Assembly: GCA_002633005.1 (NCBI GenBank)
Contig: NMRA01000900.1
Coordinates: forward strand, 41,496 to 105,495
Source: Phoronis australis
Taxonomy: Eukaryota > Animalia > Phoronida
Direction of reading: 5' to 3'
Length of the DNA: 64,000 bases
Below are positions 55,901 to 63,202 of this stretch, one piece after another; the first letter of the stretch is position 1, and each line of letters begins with the position of its first letter. A program made the translations under genes and the position numbers. Under the pieces are notes generated by a model. It had not been told where the DNA came from, did no database searches, and worked only from the letters and a program-made list of their open reading frames with translations.

Positions 55901-58900
55901 TTGTGAGAATAACGAAATTGCTATTGTGTTCATGTCGCTACCTGTTTTTCTTATCATGGCTAAAGCCAAAGGTGAATTTTGTTACTTTGCAATTGGACTG
56001 GATGTGAAAATTTGCGATGGTTTCCATCATTGAGCGCAGTCATTAACTGAAATACGAGGAAAGTTCATTTAAGATTCCCAGATTTGTTGAGGTTTCCTCA
56101 CAACGACAATGTTAAGGAACTGCATCTTTCGTTACTTCAATGTTTAACAAAACGGCGCTTTTCACAGTAAGCTAATGACTGCCAAATCGTGCATCGGAAA
56201 GTATTGTAACGTACATTTTAGTGGCTTTCACTTTCTAAAAATCCACTGGCTTTATTAAAGGATATTAACGCATATATCGGTGATTTCTGTCCATCCCCAA
56301 TCTCTCCTGTGACGTACACGTGCAGTATTCAACAGAATACAACGTGCTGTCTATGCCATGAGTTTGTCGTTGGTATGACCTCTGGCTGTTATGAAGTTTC
56401 TGGTGTGAGTTAAGTGTTATGGTTTCAGGTGCCACCGTTGACTAGTCGTACCTGCCGACATATATTTGTAGCTTACCCAAAGCAAAACGTGTACGGTGTC
56501 TCGACGTGGCAACTTACACTGGTTGTCATTGTCTATAGAATGTGTCGAGGTGTCGCCATTCTGTCGTAGAAACTTCATCAGATAATCCACTGCTGGAATG
56601 TGAACTTGTGAGAAGTTCATTTGATAGTTCCCATGAAAACATTTGCTGCAAATATTAACTCTGAAGAATAACGTTACTTTAAAGGGTTAATGTTAAAAGA
56701 GTTGACTAGAATCGTTTAAACAGCTTTGACGGGAGATATTTCGCCTCACGCATTAACTTGGGATCAAATATCAATCATCAGCAACAGAGGAATGTAGCTT
56801 ACCTGCCTATAGACATTTGTCATTTCAACGAAGATTTTTATGAAATGGGGGAAGCAATTTCAGTTGTGGAAACTTGATCTGGGGAGTTGTTGGAGGTCCC
56901 TAATTAAATTGTGTTCATGAGATGTCCTATGCGTATTTACCGATTTTTCTCAGTTGAAAAATAACTGTTATTACGAGACATGCAATCACAGCGGTGGCTA
57001 TTGCGCCGCTTGTGGACGGTAACTTGTTCGTGTGAAGGGTAGAAGAAAACGTCTTACCCGGCCACAAATGCTTGTTAGCTGCAGTACTCCTTCCAAGGAT
57101 TTCAAACGTAGTGGTCTGAAGCTATCCGCTTGGACACTTGTGTACTTTGGGGAATCACTGGGCTCTGGTTTGGGGAGTACATGTAGAAGGGAAGTGGCGT
57201 GGCCAGGATTGCCTTACCTGGGACATTATTAATTGTCCAGACAGTGGTTTACTCAGGGCGACCAGTCGAGTGGAAGCAGTGGTGACTATGGATATTGTCT
57301 GTGAATACTTACCTTCATTGCAAACCATCAACATGTGCATGTATCAGCAGTGGAAGACCGTGCCCTTAGCCCCTCGCGCAAGCTGAGCCCTGACTGCACA
57401 AGTGCGATCACTGACCTGAATGGCATTGCCTGTAGTTTTTTTATTTCACAAAATCGATCTCATGGACTGTGGGGGTTTTCTTTCCAATGGACACTAACTT
57501 GGCTTAAGCTATTGTCACCCTTCTCTGCTCAACAAATGATGTAAGGACGTTTTCCTTAAGCGTTTGGGGGTTCACGAGTGTCACAGAAAATTATATAAAA
57601 TATAGTATTTTGAAAATAGGTGGTTAAATTTGTTGCTCATATCTATTAACATTACAAAATCAGTGTAGCGTTTCGTCGACAAAAGAATTTCGCTAAGTAA
57701 GCCTCTGTTATCACGTGCTTCGCCGCTACTACATGGCAGTATTTCGGGAAGTCGTGCGTACTCTGTTTTAGTGTAAGTACGAAATCGGTGGTTTTATAGC
57801 ATTATTTTTGCTTTATATTCTGCCCTTGGTCATGACATGAAAATATTTTCCTGTTATGTTTTGAAGCTTTTGCCGGTCTCAATATGGAGGAATTGACCAA
57901 CCAACACTGGGAAACCTGTTTGCCGTTGTGTCTGCATTCAATAGAATTTGTCGAAAAATATGGAGACTTATTAACTTCATGTTTTGATGTCATGGCCCAG
58001 GAGAACGGAACTTGCGATGCTGAACTACTTTTGCAGATATCAAAGGGTTTGCTTCCAGTAAGGGTGTCATATTTTTTTTTTGTTCACTTATGCCTCTAGT
58101 GCACCTTCGGGGTGGCCTTTAAAAAGTCATTTTTCAATCGCAAAAGTAACTGACATTATAATGTACTGAATACCCTTGATTTTTGAACACATTGTATTCG
58201 TTTTACAGTTTTTGATTTGGGTGAAGTTGTTGTGTTCTGTGTAGGTATGGGTTTCTCTTGCGACTTCGAAGGCGAATTGTGTGGCGATTTCCTTGCCCAG
58301 TCGACTAATGACGAGAGGGACTGGGCATTTCTGTCTTGCGTGAGTAATCTAATTATTGACAGGATGGATACACCGAATGAAGATGGGGTCCCCCTAAGTA
58401 GAAAAATGTCCCCGATAAGGAAAATTGTTTATGTTGAATCACTGTTTACGCTTTTTCCACACTCACTGTAAGTAATTTAGTGTAGGAACTATACATAAGC
58501 TCTCAAGGATAGAATAAAATTTGTCGCAGTCATCTTCACAGTACATGCGTGTTTTCATGTGTCTTACCTTCCACCCAAACCTATGACAGCCGGTATCTTT
58601 CGAAAAGAATACTCAACTCAGCTCTGGTGATTTCAACCAATTGTCTGCTAATGCGCCATTGGCGGTAATCTTGAACGATGTGTCAGAAATTGGATATTGT
58701 GGTTCTCGGTGTGCGGTTTTACCCCCCAGTTGTCGTGTAATTCGCTAAGTGAGTAATTCTCAGCTTGTTCGTTTCAAAATGTACCCGCCAAACTTCTGGG
58801 CGTTGTTGGTTTGTTAAACACCAGCATTTGGATTAATAGACTTGGATATCTAAGTCGTGTCAATATCTTTTGAAAGGCCAAAACTGGGTTTGGTACTTTT

Positions 58901-61282
58901 AGGTAGTCTTGTCATTTCGTTACTATCGATACCTTTCACTTCTGTCATTTCTAGTTTAAGTTGTGTTCGAGAGTATAAAATACATGTACATGGGCGTATC
59001 CAGGATTTTGAGATAGGGGAGACAGGGCTGAGTGTTACATGTAGCTAGGATTTTGTCCGTCAGACATTCGCACCACCGTACTGTTAAATGGAATCTAGGA
59101 AAAGTTTTAGGGGGGTCATAGCCCCCTTGCCCCCCATTCAAATAAATTGGTTTCTGATGTGGTCACCAAGTCAGTTACATGGCTTCTAATTCTGCATCAG
59201 TTTTCATGCCCAGACAATACTACATACCAGACAATATTACATACCAGACAATACTACATACCAGACAATACTACATACCAGACAATACTACATACCAGAC
59301 AATCCTACATACCAAGACAATACTACATACCAGACAGTACTACATACCAGAAACGTTTTGTCAAGCATACCTTCCCACGTTAACGTTTCACCAGCAATAA
59401 GATATACATGTAGACATTAGATAATTTAATTTTACCTTGTAGCGTTGCGTTTTTATGTAAACTGTGCAGCTTCGGAACAGGCGGGAAATGCATCGGCGTC
59501 TAATTATAGTTAAAAGATGCCACACGTTACGCAAAAATGAAATCCTCGTGTTGATTTACAGGAAACCTGCGTGACTGCCATTAGTTTCCTGCTCATTTGC
59601 GTTTGTTCCCTCTGAGCTGTGGCTTGTGTTGGGAACATCAGTCTATGGTTCCCTTTAAGCTTAGAAAAATGATGTCTAGTTGCTTCTACGCGTCAAATTG
59701 TTCAAGACTTTGCGCCGGTAGATCAGTTGTAACATGGCGATTTTATTGTAGACGCGTGTTATACATTAAGCTTCTCAAGGCCAATCGTTTTTTTTTGTTT
59801 TTCAGTCGCCCACGCCAACTCCAAACACTGGTCCTGATTATCCGTCCAGTGGTGATTCTTTTCTATACTTTGAATCCTCCACACCTGCCACGGGTCGAGA
59901 CTCGGCGGTTCTGGAGACGACGGAGCCATTTGCAGGTATTTCCACTTAACCAAATATCCTGCAATTAGAACGTCAAATGTCTGAATGTTTTGAAAATATC
60001 TAGAAAAGTTTTATTGAATTACTTATATATTTGATGAGACACGAGGCAAATAGCATTACTTTAAAATCGAACACACCGGAAAACCCTTGTATACATGTAT
60101 GTACAGTCTAGGCGGCAAAGACTTTGTTGTTAAAACATTTTGCAAGATGCGTGTTGCATTGCCTTTTCAATTGGCAGGTACTGTTAAAACGACTTTGTTT
60201 TTGTGTGTAAGTAACTTTGCCTTTGGCACTTGTCAAAAAGTTGCTTCCAATTGCCACGCCAATTGGCGGAATATGACTGAATCTAACACGGATTAGACTC
60301 GTGTACATAGTAGATGGTCTATCATTCCCAGGGTGGTCACCGATAATACAGTAATGTGAGTTGCATGTGAACGTAAAACTTTGTGCCTGCGTATAGCAAA
60401 TGGCGAAGGATAATGGTGCCGATTGACATCATGCGTTCACCCATTTGTTTAAGTGGGATTGGGTACCGACTGTTTCCGTGTATGCACTTTCAGTGCTCTT
60501 CGACATGTGCCTTCGCTTCTCCCTCAGTATGATAGGCAGCACAATGGGTTCGTTTACTGTCCTCGCCGATAGCACTGTACTGTTGAGGAGAGAGGAAAAC
60601 CTCGCCAACAAAAAGGACTGGACAACAGAGGTCGTCACTGTGCCAAAAGGAACCAATAAAGTAACACCGAGCTTTTTACTAAGTGCAGACTCAAATGTTT
60701 TTATTCTGCAATAAGAACTTAGAAGCACTGTGTCGATTTTACCCTGAGAACTTTCTAAAAAGTCCTGCTTCAACGTTAGTAACATTTTTATCAGAGCAGT
60801 CGACGTAGTGCTTGTTTTAAACTTGATTAAATTTTCGCTCAAAGGTTGCATTTTGGTTTAAAAATATCAATTTTGGGTTAGATTTATAGCTGTTTCAATT
60901 GATGCGTTTGTAACAGTTACGCAGTCCTGGCCTCCTCTGGTTCCCATTTAAACACGTCCAAAACGAGGCTCTGCTGTTTTTGTGGGTGCACGGATATTTT
61001 CTTTGGAAAGGTGGGCAAGTCAACTTCCGCTCTTAGGTTTGAACTACTGTAAGAAAACCTCTAAGATTTTGCCCTACATGTACATTATGAACCCAGTAAC
61101 TCGCTTCGTTTTTGTAGTTCCAGATATCCACAATACGTAACAGACGTAATATTTGCTTAGTACTATTTAAAATGTATTTCACGTTTTCTTTTAGCTTTAC
61201 TTTGTTGCCACCAGAGGCGCTGGCTACCGGAGTGACATAGCCATAGACAATATTGTTATCAAAGGACAAGCTTGCATCCCAG
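4827..61282 (+). CDS. Spliced gene (32 exons, ~1475 aa, 3'-incomplete): secreted multidomain astacin-family metalloprotease (astacin-EGF-CUB-EGF-MAM-CCP2-cbEGF5-CCP-cbEGF3-CCP-MAM)
   Basis: All exons have AG/GT boundaries, and their phases chain without a frameshift or stop (sum 4426 nt). Motifs: zinc-binding [19 protein letters not shown], Met-turn SIMHY, TCLKF, RKKR processing site, N-terminal hydrophobic signal. The N-terminal half resembles the BP10/SpAN-type astacin-EGF-CUB layout. Confidence 0.92.
5404..5469 (+). CDS. Exon 2: prodomain
   Basis: tgtatttTAG acceptor; [22 protein letters not shown]; donor GTAAGC; phase 0-0. Confidence 0.65.
6828..6967. mobile_element. Small MITE-like inverted-repeat element
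   Basis: Terminal inverted repeats CGTTCAGTAACGCTAAGAC ... GTCCTAGCGTTACTGAACG. Confidence 0.6.
8171..8480 (+). repeat. Dispersed ~300 bp repeat, copy 1 (copy 2 at ~40365-40670)
   Basis: Both copies start ATTCAGTCATTCCC.TTGGTT..ATCTCGGGAA and end TTTCAGT(A/G)TAGGTGGCGCTGTGTCA. Confidence 0.65.
8879..9043. mobile_element. Short hAT-like MITE
   Basis: TIRs TAGTGCTGTAGTGG ... CCACTACCGCACTG, with internal GCGCCTACGT tandem copies. Confidence 0.5.
12299..12562 (+). CDS. Exon 3: hydrophilic prodomain segment
   Basis: tttatttatAG acceptor; [17 protein letters not shown]...[11 protein letters not shown]; donor GTAAGC; 264 nt, phase 0-0. Confidence 0.7.
13763..13865 (+). CDS. Exon 4: furin-type site and start of the mature astacin domain
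   Basis: cttttacAG acceptor; [34 protein letters not shown]; donor GTAAGA; phase 0-1. Confidence 0.85.
15249..15381 (+). CDS. Exon 5: astacin domain
   Basis: [43 protein letters not shown], containing the astacin TC(L/I)xF motif; phase 1-2. Confidence 0.9.
15720..15970. repeat. (AAT)n/(GGT,GAT)n microsatellite spanning an assembly gap (N 15824-15886)
   Basis: Trinucleotide runs and the N stretch are directly visible. Confidence 0.95.
16750..16828 (+). CDS. Exon 6: astacin domain
   Basis: [27 protein letters not shown]; donor GTAAGT; phase 2-0. Confidence 0.88.
17706..17900 (+). CDS. Exon 7: astacin active site
   Basis: [29 protein letters not shown]...[13 protein letters not shown], containing HExxHxxGxxH and the Met-turn; phase 0-0. 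Confidence 0.97.
18277..18406 (+). CDS. Exon 8: astacin C-terminus
   Basis: [43 protein letters not shown], matching GQRxxLSxxD..IN..Y.C; phase 0-1. Confidence 0.93.
19552..19671 (+). CDS. Exon 9: EGF-like domain
   Basis: [32 protein letters not shown], six Cys; phase 1-1. Confidence 0.92.
21180..21283 (+). CDS. Exon 10: CUB domain, N-terminal half
   Basis: [35 protein letters not shown] (CGG...CxYxI/L); phase 1-0. Confidence 0.88.
21293..21592 (+). mobile_element. hAT-like MITE family (GGGGCGGATCCAGGATTTT...AATCC..CACTG)
   Basis: Imperfect TIRs and 8-bp flanking duplication TATGCCAC/TATGCTAC. Related copies are at ~21861-22013, 39073-39379, ~43323-43465 and ~58989-59140. Confidence 0.7.
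22609..22879 (+). CDS. Exon 11: CUB domain, C-terminal half
   Basis: [17 protein letters not shown]...[16 protein letters not shown]...NLMMLIYQ...FVARATTKE; 271 nt, phase 0-1. Confidence 0.85.
23593..23709 (+). CDS. Exon 12: EGF domain
   Basis: [39 protein letters not shown]; phase 1-1. Confidence 0.92.
   Translation, partial: TSAYPIHVLVAPPVYQTLSTTILLAFAHATTTEGSAQS
24006..24077 (-). mobile_element. Possible degenerate tRNA-derived SINE head
   Basis: The minus strand begins TGGTGCAGTGGTAAAG (A-box-like) and later reads CCGGTTTCCCTCCA. The B-box is degenerate. Confidence 0.3.
24781..24933. repeat. 21-bp minisatellite, ~7 copies
   Basis: Unit CCATGTAATAATCTATATATA. It explains the HGIYRLL-repeat ORF. 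Confidence 0.95.
27007..27101 (+). CDS. Exon 13: MAM domain 1, part 1
   Basis: [32 protein letters not shown] (DFE...DDxDW); phase 1-0. Confidence 0.88.
27450..27576 (+). CDS. Exon 14: MAM domain 1, part 2
   Basis: [36 protein letters not shown] (TPxxxxGP...YLYxEAS); phase 0-1. Confidence 0.92.
29021..31099. mobile_element. Non-autonomous TIR element (Mutator-like, 9-bp TSD) hosting a nested insertion
   Basis: TIRs GGATTGTGCTAAAAACCC...CGACCCACA and TGTGGGTCG...GGGTGTTTTAGAACAATCC. Flanks are CTACCCAGC (29012-29020) and CTACCCACC (31100-31108). Confidence 0.7.
29273..30503 (+). mobile_element. Helitron/Helentron-like non-autonomous element with internal ~425-bp tandem repeats
   Basis: 5' short inverted repeat followed by a (TTC)n tract. 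TGCACCGGA..GGTCA recurs at 29471, 29904 and 30325. The 3' palindrome TGTCACGCGTGACA (30477-30490) is followed by ...CTAG|T. Confidence 0.65.
31189..31385 (+). CDS. Exon 15: MAM domain 1, part 3
   Basis: [22 protein letters not shown]...[11 protein letters not shown] (CxxFxYHxYG...GxxW); phase 1-0. Confidence 0.9.
33398..33491 (+). CDS. Exon 16: MAM domain 1, part 4
   Basis: [31 protein letters not shown] (DIAxDxI...GxC); phase 0-1. Confidence 0.9.
34540..34725 (+). CDS. Exon 17: Sushi/CCP domain 1
   Basis: ERCADPIQP...[11 protein letters not shown]...[16 protein letters not shown]; phase 1-1. Confidence 0.93.
35366..35542 (+). CDS. Exon 18: Sushi/CCP domain 2
   Basis: [13 protein letters not shown]...VTLGCNTGY...[16 protein letters not shown]; phase 1-1. 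Confidence 0.93.
35779..35895 (+). CDS. Exon 19: calcium-binding EGF 1
   Basis: [39 protein letters not shown]; phase 1-1. Confidence 0.93.
35982..36348. repeat. Degenerate 16-bp minisatellite filling most of intron 19
   Basis: Unit ~TACATTGACTGTGTGG / TATATTGACTGTGTGC, about 20 or more copies. Confidence 0.92.
36369..36494 (+). CDS. Exon 20: calcium-binding EGF 2
   Basis: [42 protein letters not shown]; phase 1-1. Confidence 0.92.
37417..37533 (+). CDS. Exon 21: calcium-binding EGF 3
   Basis: [39 protein letters not shown]; phase 1-1. Confidence 0.93.
38264..38386 (+). CDS. Exon 22: calcium-binding EGF 4
   Basis: [41 protein letters not shown]; phase 1-1. Confidence 0.93.
39073..39379 (+). 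mobile_element. Second full-length copy of the hAT-like MITE at 21293
   Basis: Collinear blocks GGTCCAGGATTTTGA, GGCGCCCGCCCAGCCTAAA, GGTTTGTTCA, AGAATTTTAGGGGGCC and a CACTG end. Confidence 0.75.
40700..41250 (-). mobile_element. Possible decayed LINE endonuclease fragment
   Basis: Minus-strand remnants LIADF and P..RNST/LDLLT resemble APE motifs (GDFN; PTR..LDL). The frame is broken by many shifts. Confidence 0.3.
41258..42710. mobile_element. Non-autonomous Tc1/mariner(pogo)-type element
   Basis: TA|CCTTATTCGCCGTAATAACCGCCCA ... TGGGCGGTTTATTACGGCGAATACGG|TA: ~25-bp TIRs with a TA duplication. No transposase ORF. Confidence 0.8.
44456..44578 (+). CDS. Exon 23: calcium-binding EGF 5
   Basis: [41 protein letters not shown]; phase 1-1. 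Confidence 0.93.
45248..45430 (+). CDS. Exon 24: Sushi/CCP domain 3
   Basis: [15 protein letters not shown]...VILACVNGY...[16 protein letters not shown]; phase 1-1. Confidence 0.93.
46054..46176 (+). CDS. Exon 25: calcium-binding EGF 6
   Basis: [41 protein letters not shown]; phase 1-1. Confidence 0.93.
46488..46590. repeat. Imperfect (CATA)n microsatellite
   Basis: Visible ACAT/CATA runs. Confidence 0.85.
47422..47544 (+). CDS. Exon 26: calcium-binding EGF 7
   Basis: [41 protein letters not shown]; phase 1-1. Confidence 0.93.
48162..48284 (+). CDS. Exon 27: calcium-binding EGF 8
   Basis: [41 protein letters not shown]; donor GTAAGT; phase 1-1. Confidence 0.93.
48693..48820 (-). repeat. 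3' LTR
   Basis: The minus strand starts TGATTACG directly after the PPT and ends ...CTGTCGTAGCCA. It contains AATAAA on the minus strand. Confidence 0.85.
49049..54230 (-). pseudogene. Frameshifted gag-pol of the Gypsy element
   Basis: ATG at 54230 ([26 protein letters not shown]). Protease [42 protein letters not shown]. RNase H VVSDSS. Integrase [26 protein letters not shown]. Multiple stops and frameshifts. Confidence 0.9.
53120..53520. mobile_element. PIF/Harbinger-type MITE nested in gag
   Basis: CAG|AGCCCGGTCTCTAATCTCTGTACTCGAAA ... TTTCGAGTAAAAAGATTGGAGGCCTGGCC|CAG: long imperfect TIRs with a 3-bp CAG duplication. Removing it restores the gag frame. Confidence 0.85.
54364..54490 (-). 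repeat. 5' LTR
   Basis: Aligns to the 3' LTR with about 10 substitutions and 1 indel over ~117 nt (manual count). Confidence 0.85.
55508..55690 (+). CDS. Exon 28: Sushi/CCP domain 4
   Basis: [14 protein letters not shown]...[10 protein letters not shown]...[15 protein letters not shown]; donor GTGAGT; phase 1-1. Confidence 0.92.
58245..58339 (+). CDS. Exon 29: MAM domain 2, part 1
   Basis: [31 protein letters not shown] (CDFE..LCG..Q..D..DW); phase 1-0. Confidence 0.92.
59210..59351. repeat. 17-bp minisatellite, ~8 copies
   Basis: Unit CCAGACAATACTACATA. Confidence 0.95.
59806..59935 (+). CDS. Exon 30: MAM domain 2, part 2
   Basis: [43 protein letters not shown]; phase 0-1. Confidence 0.92.
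60494..60660 (+). CDS. Exon 31: MAM domain 2, part 3
   Basis: [22 protein letters not shown]...[17 protein letters not shown]; phase 1-0. Confidence 0.9.
61195..61282 (+). CDS. Exon 32: MAM domain 2, part 4 (3' boundary uncertain)
   Basis: [29 protein letters not shown]. There is a possible donor G|GTGTGG, or the frame reads through to TGN at the gap at 61320. Confidence 0.85.
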
Positions 61283-61689
61283 GTGTGGAAGGCCCGCATA
61301 GTATACGCTTATCATCTTGNGCATGTGGAGAATGCCGTGGTTTTAGCTGCAGCAATTCATTCTGAGTTGACAGAGATTAGTTGTGTAAATACTGGTTGAT
61401 TGTGTATAGATTCACTAGCATTTAGAACTAACTGGAAGTGACACAGACAGTGTGGATAATAGATCACTGAATTAGTACAGCATATTTTTTCAGTAGTACA
61501 ATGATCCTTCAGTTCAGGCAAACCTGATGTTTTTGACCCAAATACCTTATTCGTTAAACCATCTTGAAAATGGTAGTCGTAATCCTCAAGAGCCAGACAA
61601 AAAATATTGTAATGGATGTGCTGACTTATAAAACTCAGGATATGGCGTGTCTCTGGAATCTGGAGTTCTTACAGGAAGCATCTATTTGG

Positions 61690-62335
61690 TGGCCACCTTA
61701 GAAAATAGTGGAAGTAATCATTAGAGCCAAATGCAATGAGTCTAAATGGATTAGTCGACCCAGAAAACCTTTGATACTTGAAGCAAGACGACACACTAAT
61801 CTGTTTGTGCGAAGTTGTGCGATTCGAAATAGTTTTGAAGGCCATCTTGGAAAATGGCTGATGGTGTCACCACGGCCATGCAAAACTTTTCCAATGGATT
61901 TGTTGACTCACAAAAGATAGGAAAACATTTTTGAATTTTTACTCTATCACATTCCACTCTCGAGTTATAATGATCCTCTGCAAATCTGGCGGCCATTTTA
62001 TCCGCCATATTGGAAATGGTGGAAGTAATAATTAGTGCCAAATGCAATGAGTCTCAATGGATTAGTCGACCCAGAAAACCTATGATGCGATGTTTGAAGC
62101 AAGACGACACACTAATCTGTTCGTGTGAAGTTTTTGCGACTCAAGTAGATTTGGCGGCCATCTTGGAAAATGGCGGACGGTGTCACCACAGCCATGTAAA
62201 ACCATTTCCAATGGATTTTTGACCCACAAAACATAGGTAAACCTTTTTGAATTTTTACTCTACCACATTCCACTCTTGAGTTAAAGTGCGCATCAGAAAA
62301 TCTGGCGGCCATTTTGTCCGCCATCTTTAAAAACC
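61690..62335. repeat. Tandem duplication of a ~310-bp unit (satellite or TE-internal repeat)
   Basis: GTGGAAGTAAT.ATTAG.GCCAAATGCAATGAGTCT.AATGGATTAGTCGACCCAGAAAACC occurs at ~61708 and ~62018. Confidence 0.85.
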
Positions 62336-62519
62336 AACTTCCGCCACTCCGATTCTGGTAGACTTTTTTCCCACTAATGGGTGTGAAAGGATACGATTTA
62401 TGCAATAAAACCTTCTGTTGCAATTTTTCCGGGTTATCCGTAGAATGACTGGACTATAGTGGAAGATATAATATATAGGCGTATCACTAGTCTAAGATAG
62501 TGATTATACGTTTAAACAA

Positions 62520-63200
62520 ACTGGCGACAAGATCAACAAACTCCGGAGAATCTTTTGGACATCTTCCAACAGCTGTAATCGGACGCCTGGTTGAACTTGT
62601 GGTATTTCAGGAGTTGGGGAGGATCACCTACCACGTTGATACTGAGTAAACCATCGTCCGGCTTCTGCAGTGCACATTATGCAAAGAAACGTCCACGAAA
62701 TGCTTTGGTTTTCTGGTCAACGGACCAGCGTCAGAAAATACAAACAAGAAATTGCTGCTGTCTTTCATAGCAATAAAATAGCATCTGATTTCGTATTCCC
62801 TTGGATTAATGTCATTAGAACTGACACAGAACAGTCTGAAATATTTGGTGATAATTTCAGAAAGGTGGTGAACAAGATAGTTGTCGTCAGATTCTTGACC
62901 AGTGACATACATATTACGCCCCCCCCAGGTCTCTGGAAGTATTCTCTGTTTTCATCAGATTCTTGGCCAGTGAGATAAATGTCATACGCGTCAGGTCTTA
63001 GAATAACTTCCACCTCAAACACAGCCTTATAAGCTCTCTGAAAGTATCCCTTAGCTATGCTTTCCTTCCCTTTTTCAGATTTCGCTCAGCAACCATCACC
63101 GCAGCGTCGATCAGAATCTGTTTGTTCTTAAGGACACACTCTATGAGAACAGTAGGCAACAACATCATTAGCAGGTTTACGACTTCCTGGTATTCTCCTT
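62520..63200 (-). mobile_element. Possible decayed LINE (APE endonuclease) fragment
   Basis: Minus-strand remnants GGGV, NDIN and LTRKPKHFVDVSLHN resemble APE motifs (GGGV, GDFN, PTR..LD...N). Confidence 0.3.
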
Positions 63201-63202
63201 TA

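Noticed and set aside
57000-57550. Cluster of short ORFs in intron 28
   Set aside because: No domain motif or phase-compatible splice sites. It may be an unidentifiable TE remnant.
59147-59400. Repetitive ORFs ([17 protein letters not shown])
   Set aside because: By-products of the 17-bp minisatellite.
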